Assembly (NCBI GenBank): GCA_030704615.1
Contig: CM060731.1
Coordinates: 96,038,001 to 96,102,000, forward strand
DNA: 64,000 nucleotides
Reading direction: 5' to 3'
Source of the DNA: Takakia lepidozioides
Lineage: Eukaryota > Plantae > Bryophyta
Part shown: positions 1-12,400 of the stretch, in pieces
Numbering within the stretch: position 1 is the stretch's first letter
Layout of the letters: each line of letters begins with the position of its first letter
Made by a program: the position numbers and the translations under genes
Notes under the pieces: model-generated
Database searches by the model: none
What the model saw: only the letters and a program-made list of their open reading frames with translations
Told to the model about the DNA's origin: nothing

Positions 1-2253
1 CCATGTACACTGACGATATTGTGAAGGAGTGGCATCTGGAACATTTGCGTGATTGCCCTTGGTATGTGGACCTTCCGCCCGGCTCGCTCGACCCATCCGA
101 GTTTCAATTGAAGCTGGATGCTGAATTCCGACGAAACCGGGCTCCGCTGCTCCGTTGGGTGCAAAAGAGGCAAAAGCGCTTGCGAACTCCAGGAAAGCGG
201 CAGAGCTTGCTCAGGCAGGAATTCAGGAGAAATTGCATGAGAAGAGTAAAGGTCAAAGGAAAAGGACAAGGAAACAGGTGACTGCAGTAACACCCCAAAA
301 AGAAAAAACCATCGGGCATCGGAGGAGGCGCAGGAGGGGACCCAAGAGAGTGACTCCGACGCCGATTTTGTTCAAGGTCCTGCGACTGCTGTTGCTCCTA
401 CCCAGTCACCGTCGTCGGGTTCCCAAGTCAGTTCGGAGTGGGACGGCTCTGCCAAGAAGTTGGCATTTGAGGGCGAGCCTACACGGCGGTATTCGGCGGT
501 GACGTTTACGCACAGGCCAAAAGCTAGAACCTCAACCATCATCCAATGCGTCAATGAGAGCTTCCTTGACGCTCTTGCTGCCAGGGCGAAGAGGTGGCAC
601 ACAACAAGTCTCTGGCGGAGCAGAAGGGGGAAAGCCAAGAAGAGGGCTGCCGGTACAGAGCCTAAAGACACCCCTGGTTTTGAAGCCATGATGGAATTCT
701 TCACGGCTGTGAGCACGAATTGCAAGAGCACTCGGGGGGGGTTGAGGTGGAGAGAGCTTGCGACATGATTCTCCTCGACATTCCAGATGGGGAGCTGCTG
801 GAGGGCGTGGATGGTGTGCCCACCTGGAACAGGTTTACTGAGGACTACTGGAAAGCCGGGTTTGGGCTGGCGGGGATGCTTCTGGATGACGGTGGATGTG
901 TGGTTGTCCTTGCCACGAGAGGGAAGACCACAGAGAATGCGGTGGCAAGGTGGACACCGAAAAGTGTCACCCCGGTCCTCCTCAGAAATGGTTCTGCATC
1001 AGTACGCAGGGGTTGCGAACAGAGGGCCAAAGTGTAAGTTATCAATCTATTGCATTCACTTCATATTGTGGTGTATGTTAAGTAGACCCTGGAATTGATC
1101 CCTTCTTTGTTGGATGTGCAGACATTGGTGTTTGAGGCATATTGCTTTGTGAAGCGAGGGTCTACGTTCAAATTCCGCACGACGGTCGTCTTGTTGATGC
1201 CGCTGTGGACCCTGTAACCTACGATGTCCTCTACAACTATGTGCCCCACTCTAGTATGCCGAAGGACAAGACAGGCAAACCGTGGCGGTACAGCCGGACC
1301 CGGAGCCCTGCTTTCATCCAAACCCTCATGGAGACGTGCTCGGATGTCCAAGGGCGGATTCTGGACCTCACATGCGGCACGGGTAAGCCTTCACGTGCTC
1401 AGTTTGTCCCTGGCCCCATTGCAATTGCATGCCGCAAGCTATTAACCGCCCGCTTTGTTCCTCAGGTGCTTCAATGTGGGCAGGGACGTTGTCCGACAGG
1501 CATGTGTTCGCCTTCGAGCCAGATACTGCCCTCCACAACTCGGAACTTGCAGCGGCTGAACGTCTGCCGAAAGAGGAAGAGGCATCCTCGGAGGATGAGG
1601 AAAAATCCGAGAAGGAGCAGGGGGAGGAAGTTGGGATCGAGGCCGAGGAGCCCCCGGTTTACGAGTGAGTGGTGGCATTGTAAGTTGCCTCCAGATTTTG
1701 TGAGGCACCTCCCTCCGCTCTCTTATTTCATTGAAAACCCTTTCTGGTTGTGCTGGTATTGACATTCTTCAAGTGGATTTGTTCTTACTGTAGGATGCCA
1801 AGTACTGCCGGAGGGACGTCTACACCGGAGTTCATGGACAGGAGGAACGTGCCTTTTTTTGCCAGGGGGGATTTCATGCCTAGTCCAGAAAGGGAGTACA
1901 TCCTTCCTACTTATGCTGCCCGGCTTGCTTCGGTGTCCATTAGGAGGTGTTCCGAACGTAGTCGTGTACAGCAGATTTTAGACGAGGCAAGCCTCAAGAA
2001 AATGAAGATGAGGGAGAGGAGGCAGCAGCTATTAGAGCCCGTCGAGCTCGTAGATTTGTGTTGGATTCTGCTGAGGAAAGTGGGGGAGAAGACGCAGAAG
2101 ATTCCCAGGAGGTGAGGTGGACAGTCCCCCAAGGAGAGGACGGGATTTTTGAGAGGCATAGTGGAACTGATGCATCACAGAGCTCGGAGGATGAGGGGGA
2201 TGAGGGGATGAGGAAGAAGGTGGGGCAAGTTCCTCGGAGGTGTAGGAGAGTAG
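1..2253 (+). pseudogene. 3' exons of the ParB-amino-MTase cargo gene (copy A), with frameshifts
   Basis: Motif IV-like MILLDIPDG (~765-790), motif X/I RSPAFIQTLMETCSDVQGRILDLTCGTG (~1300-1383) and motif II HVFAFEPD (~1500-1525), separated by GT-AG introns. Several 1-bp indels relative to copy C. Confidence 0.8.
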
Positions 2254-2475
2254 TGCCCATTCCGGCTATGACAGTTAGAACACACTTGTATAGACGTGGC
2301 TTGCCACAAAATTTGCAATAAAATGTTGCATTTCAAGTCCACTGGTGCCACATTCCAACTTCACATGACCCTATTTCCGTGCCTCCTAACCCTATTTCCG
2401 TGGACTCACAATGGTCTGCTCATGCTTTTTTTGTTTTCCGCTCATGCTCATGCCGCTCATGAAATAGCAGCCCCC
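1..2475 (+). mobile_element. Right-hand part of MULE-ParB/MTase transposon, copy A (runs off the window start)
   Basis: Near-identical to 25914-28403. Ends in the same terminus GCTCATGAAATAGCAGCCCCC at 2475, after which similarity to copy B stops abruptly. Confidence 0.92.
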
Positions 2476-2565
2476 TACAAGAGGATGTAGACGGACTCCA
2501 GACTCAAGTGGAAGACCTCACTTCAAACATCGACCAAAGAGTCTATATCCCTTAGGAACAGCTAA

Positions 2566-3735
2566 TGGCTTCTTATTTACAAGCCAGAACTTTGGCTTTT
2601 CAGTCTTCACAGGAGGGGTAGGAGATGCCAATGATACAAGAGCCAGTACCACCACCACCACAACAAGTCACTGTACCAATAGCTGAACCTGTGGTTACTA
2701 CAACCACACCACAGCCACCACAGCCGGAGGTATGGGGCAATGCCGCTTTTAACCACCTAAAACTCCAGCTGCCAGGGAGTACAGTAGGGCTATGATTATG
2801 CCCTTCAACCAAATTCCCATCATGTTGGATTTGGCTTGGAAAGAATTTAGTCCTCCGCAGTCATTCGCACATTACTACCAAATCATGCGTATATGGCTGC
2901 CAGTGGCAACTAGGACTAAAGTTCTTCCGAACAATCGACATATTGAAGATCATCACTTTGCACAATACTGGCACGAAGCAGGTACCATGTTGAGGGAATT
3001 GATTGCTTTCCAGGTTGTACATGGACTCATTTATACCAAGACCAAGGAGATAGCAAGTATTGTCATGGGGTGCGGGTTATACTACGCTGCTTGTTTTCTG
3101 GTACGTTACCACATTGAGCAACAAAAGATGCAAACACGCTTTCTGAGTTATTCCAGTGGAGATCATTGGGTATTACCTTCGGTGCCACCTCATATGTACC
3201 TATATGACCCAAAAGTTATGATGCAAAAGGATTCTCAATTCGTTCATGGTTTCAAGCGGCCTGGAACCATCTGTCAACACAGAAATTTGGCATTGATGAC
3301 ATTTTCTATAAGGGACATGTGGCATGGAAATACTTGCACGCTGCACCAGTAATTGGTACCCCACTCACCTGGACAGACAAGGAGCTCAGTGTCTACACCA
3401 ATTTTGTTGTTCAGCGGTTACACCAAGTTGTAAAATACAAACTTCCAGACATGGTAGGACAGCATTGTATGCCCCAGATGATTCCACAAAAAGTTCAAAA
3501 ATTAAAACACCTGAGAAGCGATGAGGATTCTGATACAACTGTTTCTTCACCGAATTCTTTTGACATGGGAGAAGACTATGCAGTTCAGATGGCAGAGAAG
3601 AAGCGAAGGGGGTCTCCTATGCCGGAAATGTTACCTCGATATCAGCCTCCAGAGGGCCTCACTTATCCAGGTAGTGATCAACCATCTCCGTCAACCAGAG
3701 ACAGATCTCGGGCTCGTACACACAATCCGCCATGA
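2566..3735 (+). pseudogene. Degenerate accessory ORF of an LTR retrotransposon, just upstream of the PPT
   Basis: Overlapping ORFs 2792-3352 and 3319-3735, plus a Pro/Thr-rich upstream segment. Followed by a polypurine tract and LTR. No recognisable domain. Confidence 0.45.
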
Positions 3736-3808
3736 AACTCTCAACGTCAAGAAGGTGCTCACTCACAAAGGTTTGCTAGTCGAAATCAGTAAACCGTGAG
3801 GACACGGC

Positions 3809-3830
3809 TTTTTGAGGGGGGAAGGGGTAA
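3809..3830 (+). promoter_or_regulatory. Polypurine tract of an LTR retrotransposon
   Basis: TTTTTGAGGGGGGAAGGGGTAA immediately before TGTTAG. Confidence 0.7.
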
Positions 3831-4684
3831 TGTTAGAGGACTGTCGGGGACTTAGACACTTATACGGGATCTGTAGGGTACCCTTAATTTTTGCACAGAC
3901 TGAGACCAACAGGAGCCTTAGGGGTGACAGCAGCGCACTGTAGAGTGGGGTTACACAGCCCGTCACAGTCGTCACAGCCAACACAGCCAACACAGCCCGT
4001 CACAGTCGTCACAGCCGACACAGCCAACACAGCCCGTCACAGTCGTCACAGCAGACACAGCCGACACAGCCCGGCACAGCCACACAGCCAGTCACAACCC
4101 GACACAGCCAAACACAGTCGCACAGCCAGTCACAGCCCGTCACAGTTTCACACAGCCAGTCACAGCTTGACACAGCTGTCACGATCATAGGGAACGAAGA
4201 GTAGGACAGGGAACGACTGTGGGGAACAACACCTGCGAAGGGAACATGTTAGTTCACAGACACGGTTAGTGAGGGAAACGGTTAGAACCGCGGAAAGGAA
4301 GATAAAGGGAGAAACGGGGAATGGAGGGACATCATTCGGAGGAGGACTTCTTGGTGATAGAGGAGAGGGGATCGGGCAAAGATGAAGAACGGAAGTGAAG
4401 ATAGAGAGATGATGAGTAGATGCTTGATATATGCAAGGCTGTAATGATATTGTAGAGGAGATTAGAGACACAATGGCTTCGGCCTGATACCTGATAAATC
4501 ATAATCGGATACTTTTACGATACAATCACACTGTGTAGAGAGATCTGAGTGAAGCTGTGGAATGAATGGATGAGTTGATGGAATCCAATAGATTGATAAA
4601 GCAAACTGATACTTAATTATCAATGGTAAGATAGTTAACATGAATACCAAAAGGGAAACAAATAGGAAACACCCCCATGATACA
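3831..4684 (+). mobile_element. 3' LTR (TG...CA) containing a CACAGC-rich simple repeat
   Basis: Starts TGTTAG right after the PPT. Tentative end ATGATACA at 4684. CACAGC/CACAGT repeats at ~3955-4180. Confidence 0.6.
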
Positions 4685-5054
4685 CTAGCTGTAGGTCATG
4701 ACTGATTGTTCTGCGCGGGCTGAGTACTTAGAGATTTCCAACTCTTCAATCTTGGAGTTTCCGCCTCGAATAGCGAAGGGATGGGTGAGTAAAAGCCGCG
4801 CGACAGTAGGCTTAAATGGGCCCCCATTGTACAGATCAGTACCACCCTACCATTCGCGAAACATTGCCTTTCAATATGTAATTCTAAAAAACATTGCCGA
4901 ACCTCCTTCATCGGGAGGTCCTTCTCCCCCTATGACCGTGACACCCTAAACCCTATTCCCGCGGACACTCATTTCCGGAAAATAGTCCTGCTCATGTTTT
5001 TTTCGACACTTACGACTCTGCTCATGGCTCATGGCTCATGAAATAGCAGCCCCC
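4685..5054 (+). mobile_element. Right terminus of a diverged relative of the MULE-ParB/MTase family
   Basis: Ends GCTCATGGCTCATGAAATAGCAGCCCCC (5054), the same terminus as copies A and B. Subterminal CCCTATTCCCGCGGAC resembles CCCTATTTCCGTGGAC, but the interior differs. Confidence 0.75.
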
Positions 5055-5685
5055 AATGAGACCATTGAACTATTGACTAAAGGGTTCATGATTGTGCATA
5101 GGAATAGTACAACGTATTACCCACAGGGTAATGGGCAGGCAGAGGCTACCAACAAAATACTATGTACTATCTTGGCTAAGATAGTCAATGCAAACAGAAC
5201 GGATTGGGATACAAAGCTGCTGACAGCTTTGTGGTCATACAGATTTTTATATAAAGTCACCACTAAGTATACACCATTCCAATTAGTTTATGGTATGGAA
5301 GCTTTACTTCCAGTGGAATTCTTGTTACCTACCATGAGAACGGAATGGGGAAAGAGAATGGAATTGGAAGATTCGATTAAGGTCAGGAAACATGAATTAT
5401 ACCATGTGGAAGAAGTACGTGCTAATGCAGCTGATAACATGACCAGAATTCAGATGAAGAGGAATGAACAGTTTGATGAAGGCAAATTAAAGACTTTTAA
5501 GACGGGAGATTTGGTTCTCTGGTTGCAGAAAAAGGGGAAGATTAAAGTTTCTAAGCTTAAAATCACCATGGAAAGGACCTTATGTCATACAGAAGATGTA
5601 TGATAACAACACCGTCATGTTACAAACCATTAACAAAGAGATGCTGGGAAGAGTCAATGCCAATAAGTTGAAGGGGTACAGTGGT
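5055..5685 (+). pseudogene. Ty3/gypsy integrase C-terminal fragment
   Basis: STTYYPQGNGQAEATNK catalytic-E region and TPFQLVYG; after a frameshift WKGPY...VNANKLKGY. The first codons of ORF 5031 come from the transposon TIR. Confidence 0.88.
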
Positions 5686-5729
5686 ATCCATGACAAACCA
5701 TTGCAGCACGATTTGCATGCATATGTCAG

Positions 5730-5922
5730 TTGTTGAGACCATGCAGTTGGTTGCGGCGATTAGTTTTACGACAATGTGATAAGGTGCGCTTTCCTTCTCG
5801 CAAGCAGCTTGTGCATGAGCACATCCTGGCGATGCTAGCAAAAACAACGGAGTGTTACGTACTCCAATCGATTGCAAAATGTGCCACAGCCACAACCACT
5901 TTTGATTTGTGGATGTCCAGAT
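5730..5922 (+). pseudogene. hAT-like transposase fragment
   Basis: VRFPSRKQLV...ATTTFDLWMSR resembles the first catalytic D region (T-x-D-x-W) of hAT transposases. Confidence 0.55.
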
Positions 5923-5924
5923 CG

Positions 5925-6410
5925 GGATTTGTTGCTCCATGCCTGAAGGCCATGCAAAAGGCTCATCGGAGGGACGATGAGCACTCATGAACCTATCTAC
6001 ATTGACGCGCAAGAAACCACACTCATCTTCCACTAGTGTTGCGGAGGGCCCCGTAACATGTGGTTGGAACCACCTTCCCTTGAAGATAAGAGGTTGGTAT
6101 CTTGTATACTGAAGTTGGAGTGTGTTCTCAAGCTCCCCAATGTAGTTGAGTGTGCTCATGGTAGGTCGTGTATCTCCCTTGCCCCACACGGAGTCTTACC
6201 AATATATGGCACACAAGCCAGAATCAAACGTTGTTTTGCGCTTCATGTCAAGAGCACGAATGCGGAAAAGACGACCGTGCTCCCAAAACACCATGTATGA
6301 GGTCGCAAATTGAGAGGGGCCTATTGCAATGTCTTGCACCAAATCTGAAACCACCTCACCACGAGCAATGGCGCCCTCAAGTCACGTCCACATCACCGTG
6401 AATTCTGCAG
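5925..6410 (-). pseudogene. CACTA/EnSpm transposase-associated fragment (DUF4216-like)
   Basis: YIGELENTLQLQY...IFKGRWF...DECGFLRVN...DEPFAWP is typical of the CACTA Tnp2 C-terminal region. Confidence 0.7.
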
Positions 6411-9400
6411 GCATAAAGCAAGACTCCCCAAAAAAGAAAATTCACCAACCACCACGCACATATCTGAGATTGTAGTGACAAGGGAATAGCTCACTTGCGG
6501 AGGAATTGAACCTCCGCCCAATTGGATGGCTTACTAGGTCCTCATCCCAGCCACGATATTGAAGAGCTGATCTTAGAAACTCCAATTACACTGTAAAGCT
6601 TACAACAACCAGTCCAGTACATCCATGGGATAACGTTGTGATGAGGCCGATGTTGGGAGGGAGACCCCCTTAAATCTCCAAATTGGAGAATCTCTCGACG
6701 ACTTGACCAAAATGAAGACACCAGAAATCTGGAAATTGGACAGTGCAACGTCTGGTCCGCACAGTTCATGGACCTGGTATTACAGTCTCCCCAGCGCAGC
6801 TCTATTTGCCACCCTCTTCCTCACAATCGTAGTTCGGGAGAAACCACCCGTTCTTGCTTTTTTTGCCACGGTCCTCCAGCACTGCCTTGGTTTCCTATCA
6901 TCAATGGAACGGCCCCAAGATAAACTGTCATGATCACAAGCAATGCCCTCGACAGTGATGCTTAGTCTAAGAATGAAGTTGAAACAAAAAGAAATACTCG
7001 CCAACGTCCATGAATGGGTGAATGCAGGGTTGACTGGACCAAAATGGACGTTACCAGCACAGTTTTAGATGACTGCAACTGATGGTGTTATCAATTGAAT
7101 TTGAATTAACTCATTAAAACCAGAAGCTTCAATACGCACCCATAGCAACTCTCCAATCATGAATCCGATAAGAAATGACTCCGCTATGGACTTTTGAACA
7201 CCGTCATTGTGGACTGTTACCGCAGTGAATGGAATTACAATGGACTCAAGTTCTCATATGTGCCATTGGTGAATTCCACTAAAATTTGGATATAAGGTGG
7301 CCATTTTGGTCCACATCATAGGTATGGATTTGAAGTGGAAAAATCATTTGTCATTTACTCATATGGACTAATATATATATATAAAATAGACGTTTTTTGA
7401 AAAGTCCATAGCTCATCTTGTTTTTTGGATTTTGGGTGTCATTTTTTTTCTAGAGGTATAAAAACCTATAATCTTCAATGGCTAGGTGGCATATTGAATT
7501 TTTTTTGTAAACTCTAATTTTTAGTTTTTCATAATTTCTCTAAATAAAAGACTAAACTATTTAATAAATTATATATTTAATATTTGGGGTAGGACTCTTT
7601 ACTAAATATGTTCAGTATACCATTATCTATCACTAAAAATATATTTTGGATAGTATCCTCAACTTTTGTTTTTTTGGTCATGGACTTTCATGGAGCAGGA
7701 TCTGCCGTTTTTGGTCCACTCAACCTTACAACTGCCCGAATACATAAATACCTTACGAGTTTCAACTTTCTTGAAGCACGTTTCCAGTCTCTCTGGTGTT
7801 AACACTGCCTTTCTCCTCAACCTTGAAAGTGTATATATTGCAAATGACCAATCTATCATCACCACCATCTCCGTGGGGAATCCCTGGCGATTGCTTTGTA
7901 AAGCGAACATGCGACAACACATGCACGTTTTTGGCAACATATAATTGTAGTTCACAAGCTTAACGAACGCCTTCAGCCTTAACCTCTTTGCGATCTTCTT
8001 CTTTGGCGCCTTCTTGATAACCTGTGAAATGGAATTGCAACAAGACATGACATTCTTGCTGTTTGGCATGATATGATTGCAGTTCTGAACCCCAATGAAG
8101 GCCTTCAGCCTTGACCTCTTTGTTATGGTTTTAGTCATGGTTAACTAGAATTATCTACTTCTAGTTAATTAGGACATTTTGGATATTTATATTTGTATTT
8201 GGTGTGTTGGGACTTCATTTGGTCTCATATATCAAGTGAGGTATCAAGCCTCACTTGGGACATGGGGATGGGTTTTCCCTTTGTGAGTGTGGAGGAGGGC
8301 TCATCTTCTTGTAGTTGAGCCTCCATGAGCCTCTCTCACATTCATAGCTCTAGGTGTTGAGAGGAAGTGTGTTGAGAGCTTTGTAGGGTGGATTCCTTTA
8401 GCAAAGGTGCCCTTGGCTTGACTTAGTTTATGTGATAGAGTGGATTTCACTTGGAAGGACTAGGGGGCTTGTTCTTAGTGTAATTGCTTCATGCTTTGAG
8501 AGCTTTCATTGTCTTTCACTTCTATCATTTATCATCTTTTATCACTACAAGAAGATCTCTTTATGCTTGTAAGTGCGCAGTGTAAGGATCAGTTTTGCAC
8601 TTGTATGCCAAGGAATTGGAGAGCTTGAGAAGAAAGCTCTTGAGTCACAAGATTTTGCAAGGATTGCAAGGAGGAAGTCTTGTGTGTGTGGAAGCAAAGA
8701 TTCTAGGGTTTGAGAATCCTTTGTATGCATTATGGAGTCAATGGTGTGTGCCATGACTTGTGGAGAGCAACTAAAGGATTGTTAGTGCTCATTTCACTAT
8801 CAATCTAGGGTTAAGCAAGTTCAAAGTGTGGATGTTGTGGAAGAGAAGCCAAAGAGTTGGGCTTGAAGACAACAAGGCCCCAACAAGGGCAAGCACTTGG
8901 AGAGCATTAAGAAGCTCAAGAGGTTTTGAAAATGAGCATGTGAAGAAATCTTCCAATCATGGTGGTGTGGAGCCAAGCCTAGGGCGCCATTGGAAGGGCT
9001 TGGAGAACCTATGGTGGGAAATCTTTGAATGGAGATCATCATTCAATGTAAGCATAGCTTCACCCTAACTATGTAATGTGACAAGAGGGAGAGGCAATAC
9101 TTGGCTATTCATGCTCTTGGTAGTGTGAGCTTTGTGGTGGATAGTTGACCAAGCAAGTGGTGCATGTGTGGAGCATGCTCTCTTGAGTTTGTAAGTTCAA
9201 GTTTGAGAAGGGGAGCTCTTGAACTAGCAAGAAGTGAAGGCCTTGAGATCCATTTGTGTATGAAGTGGAGAGGTATTGATTCATGTTATAAGGAAGAAGA
9301 GCAACACATAGGCCAGAGGTCATGGAATATGCATTCAAATGACCAAGGGGAGCACATGGATGATGGATTAGTGCAAGACCCCAAATGAAGCATATGGCGT

Positions 9401-9782
9401 GAGAGTGGGATCCAAGGCGGATTGCTTAGGGAGCATTATTGTAAATGACAAGCATTGCTCCTACGCATTGAGATAATTTGTGTTAATTGTCAAGTGATGA
9501 GGAGACAAATGCATGATTGTTCGGCAATGGAGACATGGTAGTTTGCAATCAAATCCCAAGGACTAGAAGGGGGATTGATTTGGTGGCCAATGACTTGCAA
9601 GTTGAGTTGGACCACTCTTGGTTGCACATTGGGATGGAAGAGAGCAAGAAGATGTCTCTTATCACCACCTAGAGACCATATTTTGCTTGAGTAGAAGCAT
9701 AGAGTCAAGGACAGCTTGCATTTTAGCTCTTCATTACAAACCCTAGTACTATATGCTCAGACTATACCTCTGATAGTATACC

Positions 9783-12080
9783 TGACGAGCCCTGAGCGCG
9801 CGTGGTCAGGGTGACGGCATATTAGTCTAGGGGGGTCGTGGTAAGTTGCGGTGTAGATTGGGCTCACTGAACTGCCTACCCGACTTCGATTAGTGCAGGG
9901 GGTCCGTGGTCGTACATGGTGGCTATGATCACTATCTAAGTCCTACCGGCAAAGAGAAATCACGTACTTCTCTTCACAGGGCGAGTTTGCGTTTCTAAGT
10001 CCTATGGTAGCCTACAATCTACTTAGTAACTGCCTTCCAAGTCTTTGTGTTTTATTGTCTAATTCCTACCGCCTAGGTCCCCGAGCCGCCTATAGCCAGG
10101 ACATGTTTTAATCCCTTTACAAGGCACCTGCCGAGCCTAGGAAGAAGAGGGAAAATCTTCCTCTCCCAATGCCCCTCCTTCACCGAGTGCTCAAGTTCAA
10201 GTCATCTCTGGTGGAAGGGCCAACGCTTCCTACCCCAGTGCCTAAAATACTTTGTCTTAGTAAAGGAGTGGCCAAAATACCTATCATAATCCAATCGGTT
10301 CACCAAGTTCAATAAGGTGGTTCTAAGCCTCTCAACTCAATAAGTTCAATCAGTTTAATCAACGCCCTTCAGGCTATAACGTGCACCACCTGCATCTATC
10401 CTATTTAAGCAATTTTGCAAATCAGAAATGTTGGAAAATAAAAGAAATTAAGGAAATCAAGAAAAATACCTCCCCTATGGGAAATCCTATAGGGAATCCA
10501 AAGATACCCTTGGCGCCTAAAGATGCCCTTGGGAACCTTGTGGGAACCCAATGAGAACCGAGGAACACCCAGGAACCGTTCCCTGCCGCGGCCCTATCGG
10601 ATGAATGAATCTCACTGAGAGCTCATCCCTGCCACTACATTCGTTAGTCCAGAACAAGCATGTGTAAATAATAAAATAACCACTGGTGGGTCCAAGCCAC
10701 ATTTCACCCCTTTACATTATTTTAAGGCGCTGGTGCGCTTTCCCTCCATGGAAAAAGTCATCATCTACCTTGGGCTCTGACACAAATGTGCACTGTAGCC
10801 GAGTTTTTAGGACAGAGTATTTTCTCTCATCCCTTGTCTCTCGAGGTCTCCGCCTCTAGCTCACTGCTCACAGACCCGCTTGGCTCTCTCTTGGAGTCAT
10901 AAGAACACTTCCCTCCAAGGCTACGTCCTCCCAAAATCCTAGATTTTATCTACCACTGGCGCCTTAGATAATGGCTCCTAACCCTTAGAGGGGTATAAAT
11001 TGAATCTAATAGCTAAAGGTAAGAATACCCCCCTTAAAGGGAATTTGCAGACGTATTGTCCGCTGGGTAAAACGCCCCCGCCACGTGGCGGGACGCAGAT
11101 CCGCGCGTAGCGGTCCAAGCCGTGGACCGTTGCGGTTAACGCCGGCGTCCGCCGGTCTGTCTCAGCTCTTAGTTATCCCGCGGGTAAAGACCGCACCCTG
11201 CTCGCACGCCTGAGCCACGCGGCTGATGTACTTGATCTCAGTACGACTTAAGGTTAGCGCTGGGGCCCCACTCCCCGTACGTTGTGGCTGGGCCACAGCT
11301 GCCTCCACGCTTTTAGTAATGGAGTGCCTACTCTCTAGGCGCAACACCCGGGCTCAGTCGACTCAATAATTTTGCCCCGCTGCTAATCAGCTCCATAAAT
11401 CACCAAACTTGGTGACAAACTACAATTATATCCCCGTATCATCCTGTAAATTCTCAGCTCCATCGGTGGTAAAAAGTTGCGCTTTTGGCTTTCGTCGTAT
11501 TTTCGCTACACACAGATTTTGTGGTATTTTTGGAAATCAAATCCCTGGTGATGGCTCTGGGGTCTTTGACCCTGCCACTGAGTCATAGGTTGTCCGGAGT
11601 CCCCTCCAGTTGTCCCGCACCACTAACAAGTCCACGCTTCGCCGTTTGAAGTCGTCCTGACCTGTTGTCATTCCGATGCGGCTAATTGCTTTGTTGCGAT
11701 ATTTCATCGCTTTACATGTCATTTCCACCAATTGCCAAGCTCCTCGCCGTGTGTTCCTACTGGACTTGAAAGGCGGGAGAAAAGAGAGATCGCAATCTGG
11801 GACTGGAACAGTCGTCCTGTTTCGTTTGAACAGGATTAACTTGCCATTTCTGGTACCGAATTGGCAGCCTAATCTGCTCTCGATGCAGCTTCCTACGGTC
11901 ATCTTGACGCCAGAGTTCCACTCCATGATCGTCGCAGACACTGTCTAATTTCCTACGTGCTTTACCAACGATTTCCACACAACTAACAAACTAACCTGTT
12001 TTGGCAGTACAATGCCGAAACCGCTTGTCTTATGATAAAAAACGATCTGAAAAGAAAAGTGTACCAAATATGCATCTACA
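9783..12080 (-). mobile_element. Solo LTR (~2.3 kb) with 5-bp TSD ATACC
   Basis: TG...CA ends, with ATACC at 9778-9782 and 12081-12085. The minus-strand start TGTAGATGCATA matches the LTR starting at 39139. Confidence 0.8.
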
Positions 12081-12085
12081 ATACC

Positions 12086-12400
12086 AAACAAGAGTTGTCC
12101 CTCTGACTATACGAGGTATCACCATATGTGAACCCTAATGTGAGACTATACCTCTGTTAGTATACCAAATATGAGCTTGTCCCTTTTACTAGACCTCTGT
12201 TGAGGTTTCACCATATATGAACCCTAATCTCAGACTGTACCTCTGTAAAGGTATCATTGATATAAGGGACCCTAGCAACCTCAGACTATACCTTCGTTAA
12301 GGTATCAACATTGAAATGACTTAGTGAAAGTTAAGGGCCTTTGGAGGATTGTTTGGAGGATATTTGAGGGCCCTTGGAGGATTGTTTAGAGGATCTTTGG
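12086..12400. repeat. Dispersed repeat with reiterated CAGACTATACCTCTG motifs
   Basis: The same sequence recurs at 35350-35470 (direct) and 34201-34278 (inverted). Its other half lies at 9740-9782, left of the solo LTR. Confidence 0.6.

Noticed and set aside
3891-4190. His/Ser/Gln-rich ORF
   Set aside because: Translation of the CACAGC repeat in an LTR.
6420-9770. Possible genes or elements in the AT-rich and LTR-like region
   Set aside because: Only short ORFs with no motifs. Probably decayed TE sequence, but no boundaries or TSD could be supported.
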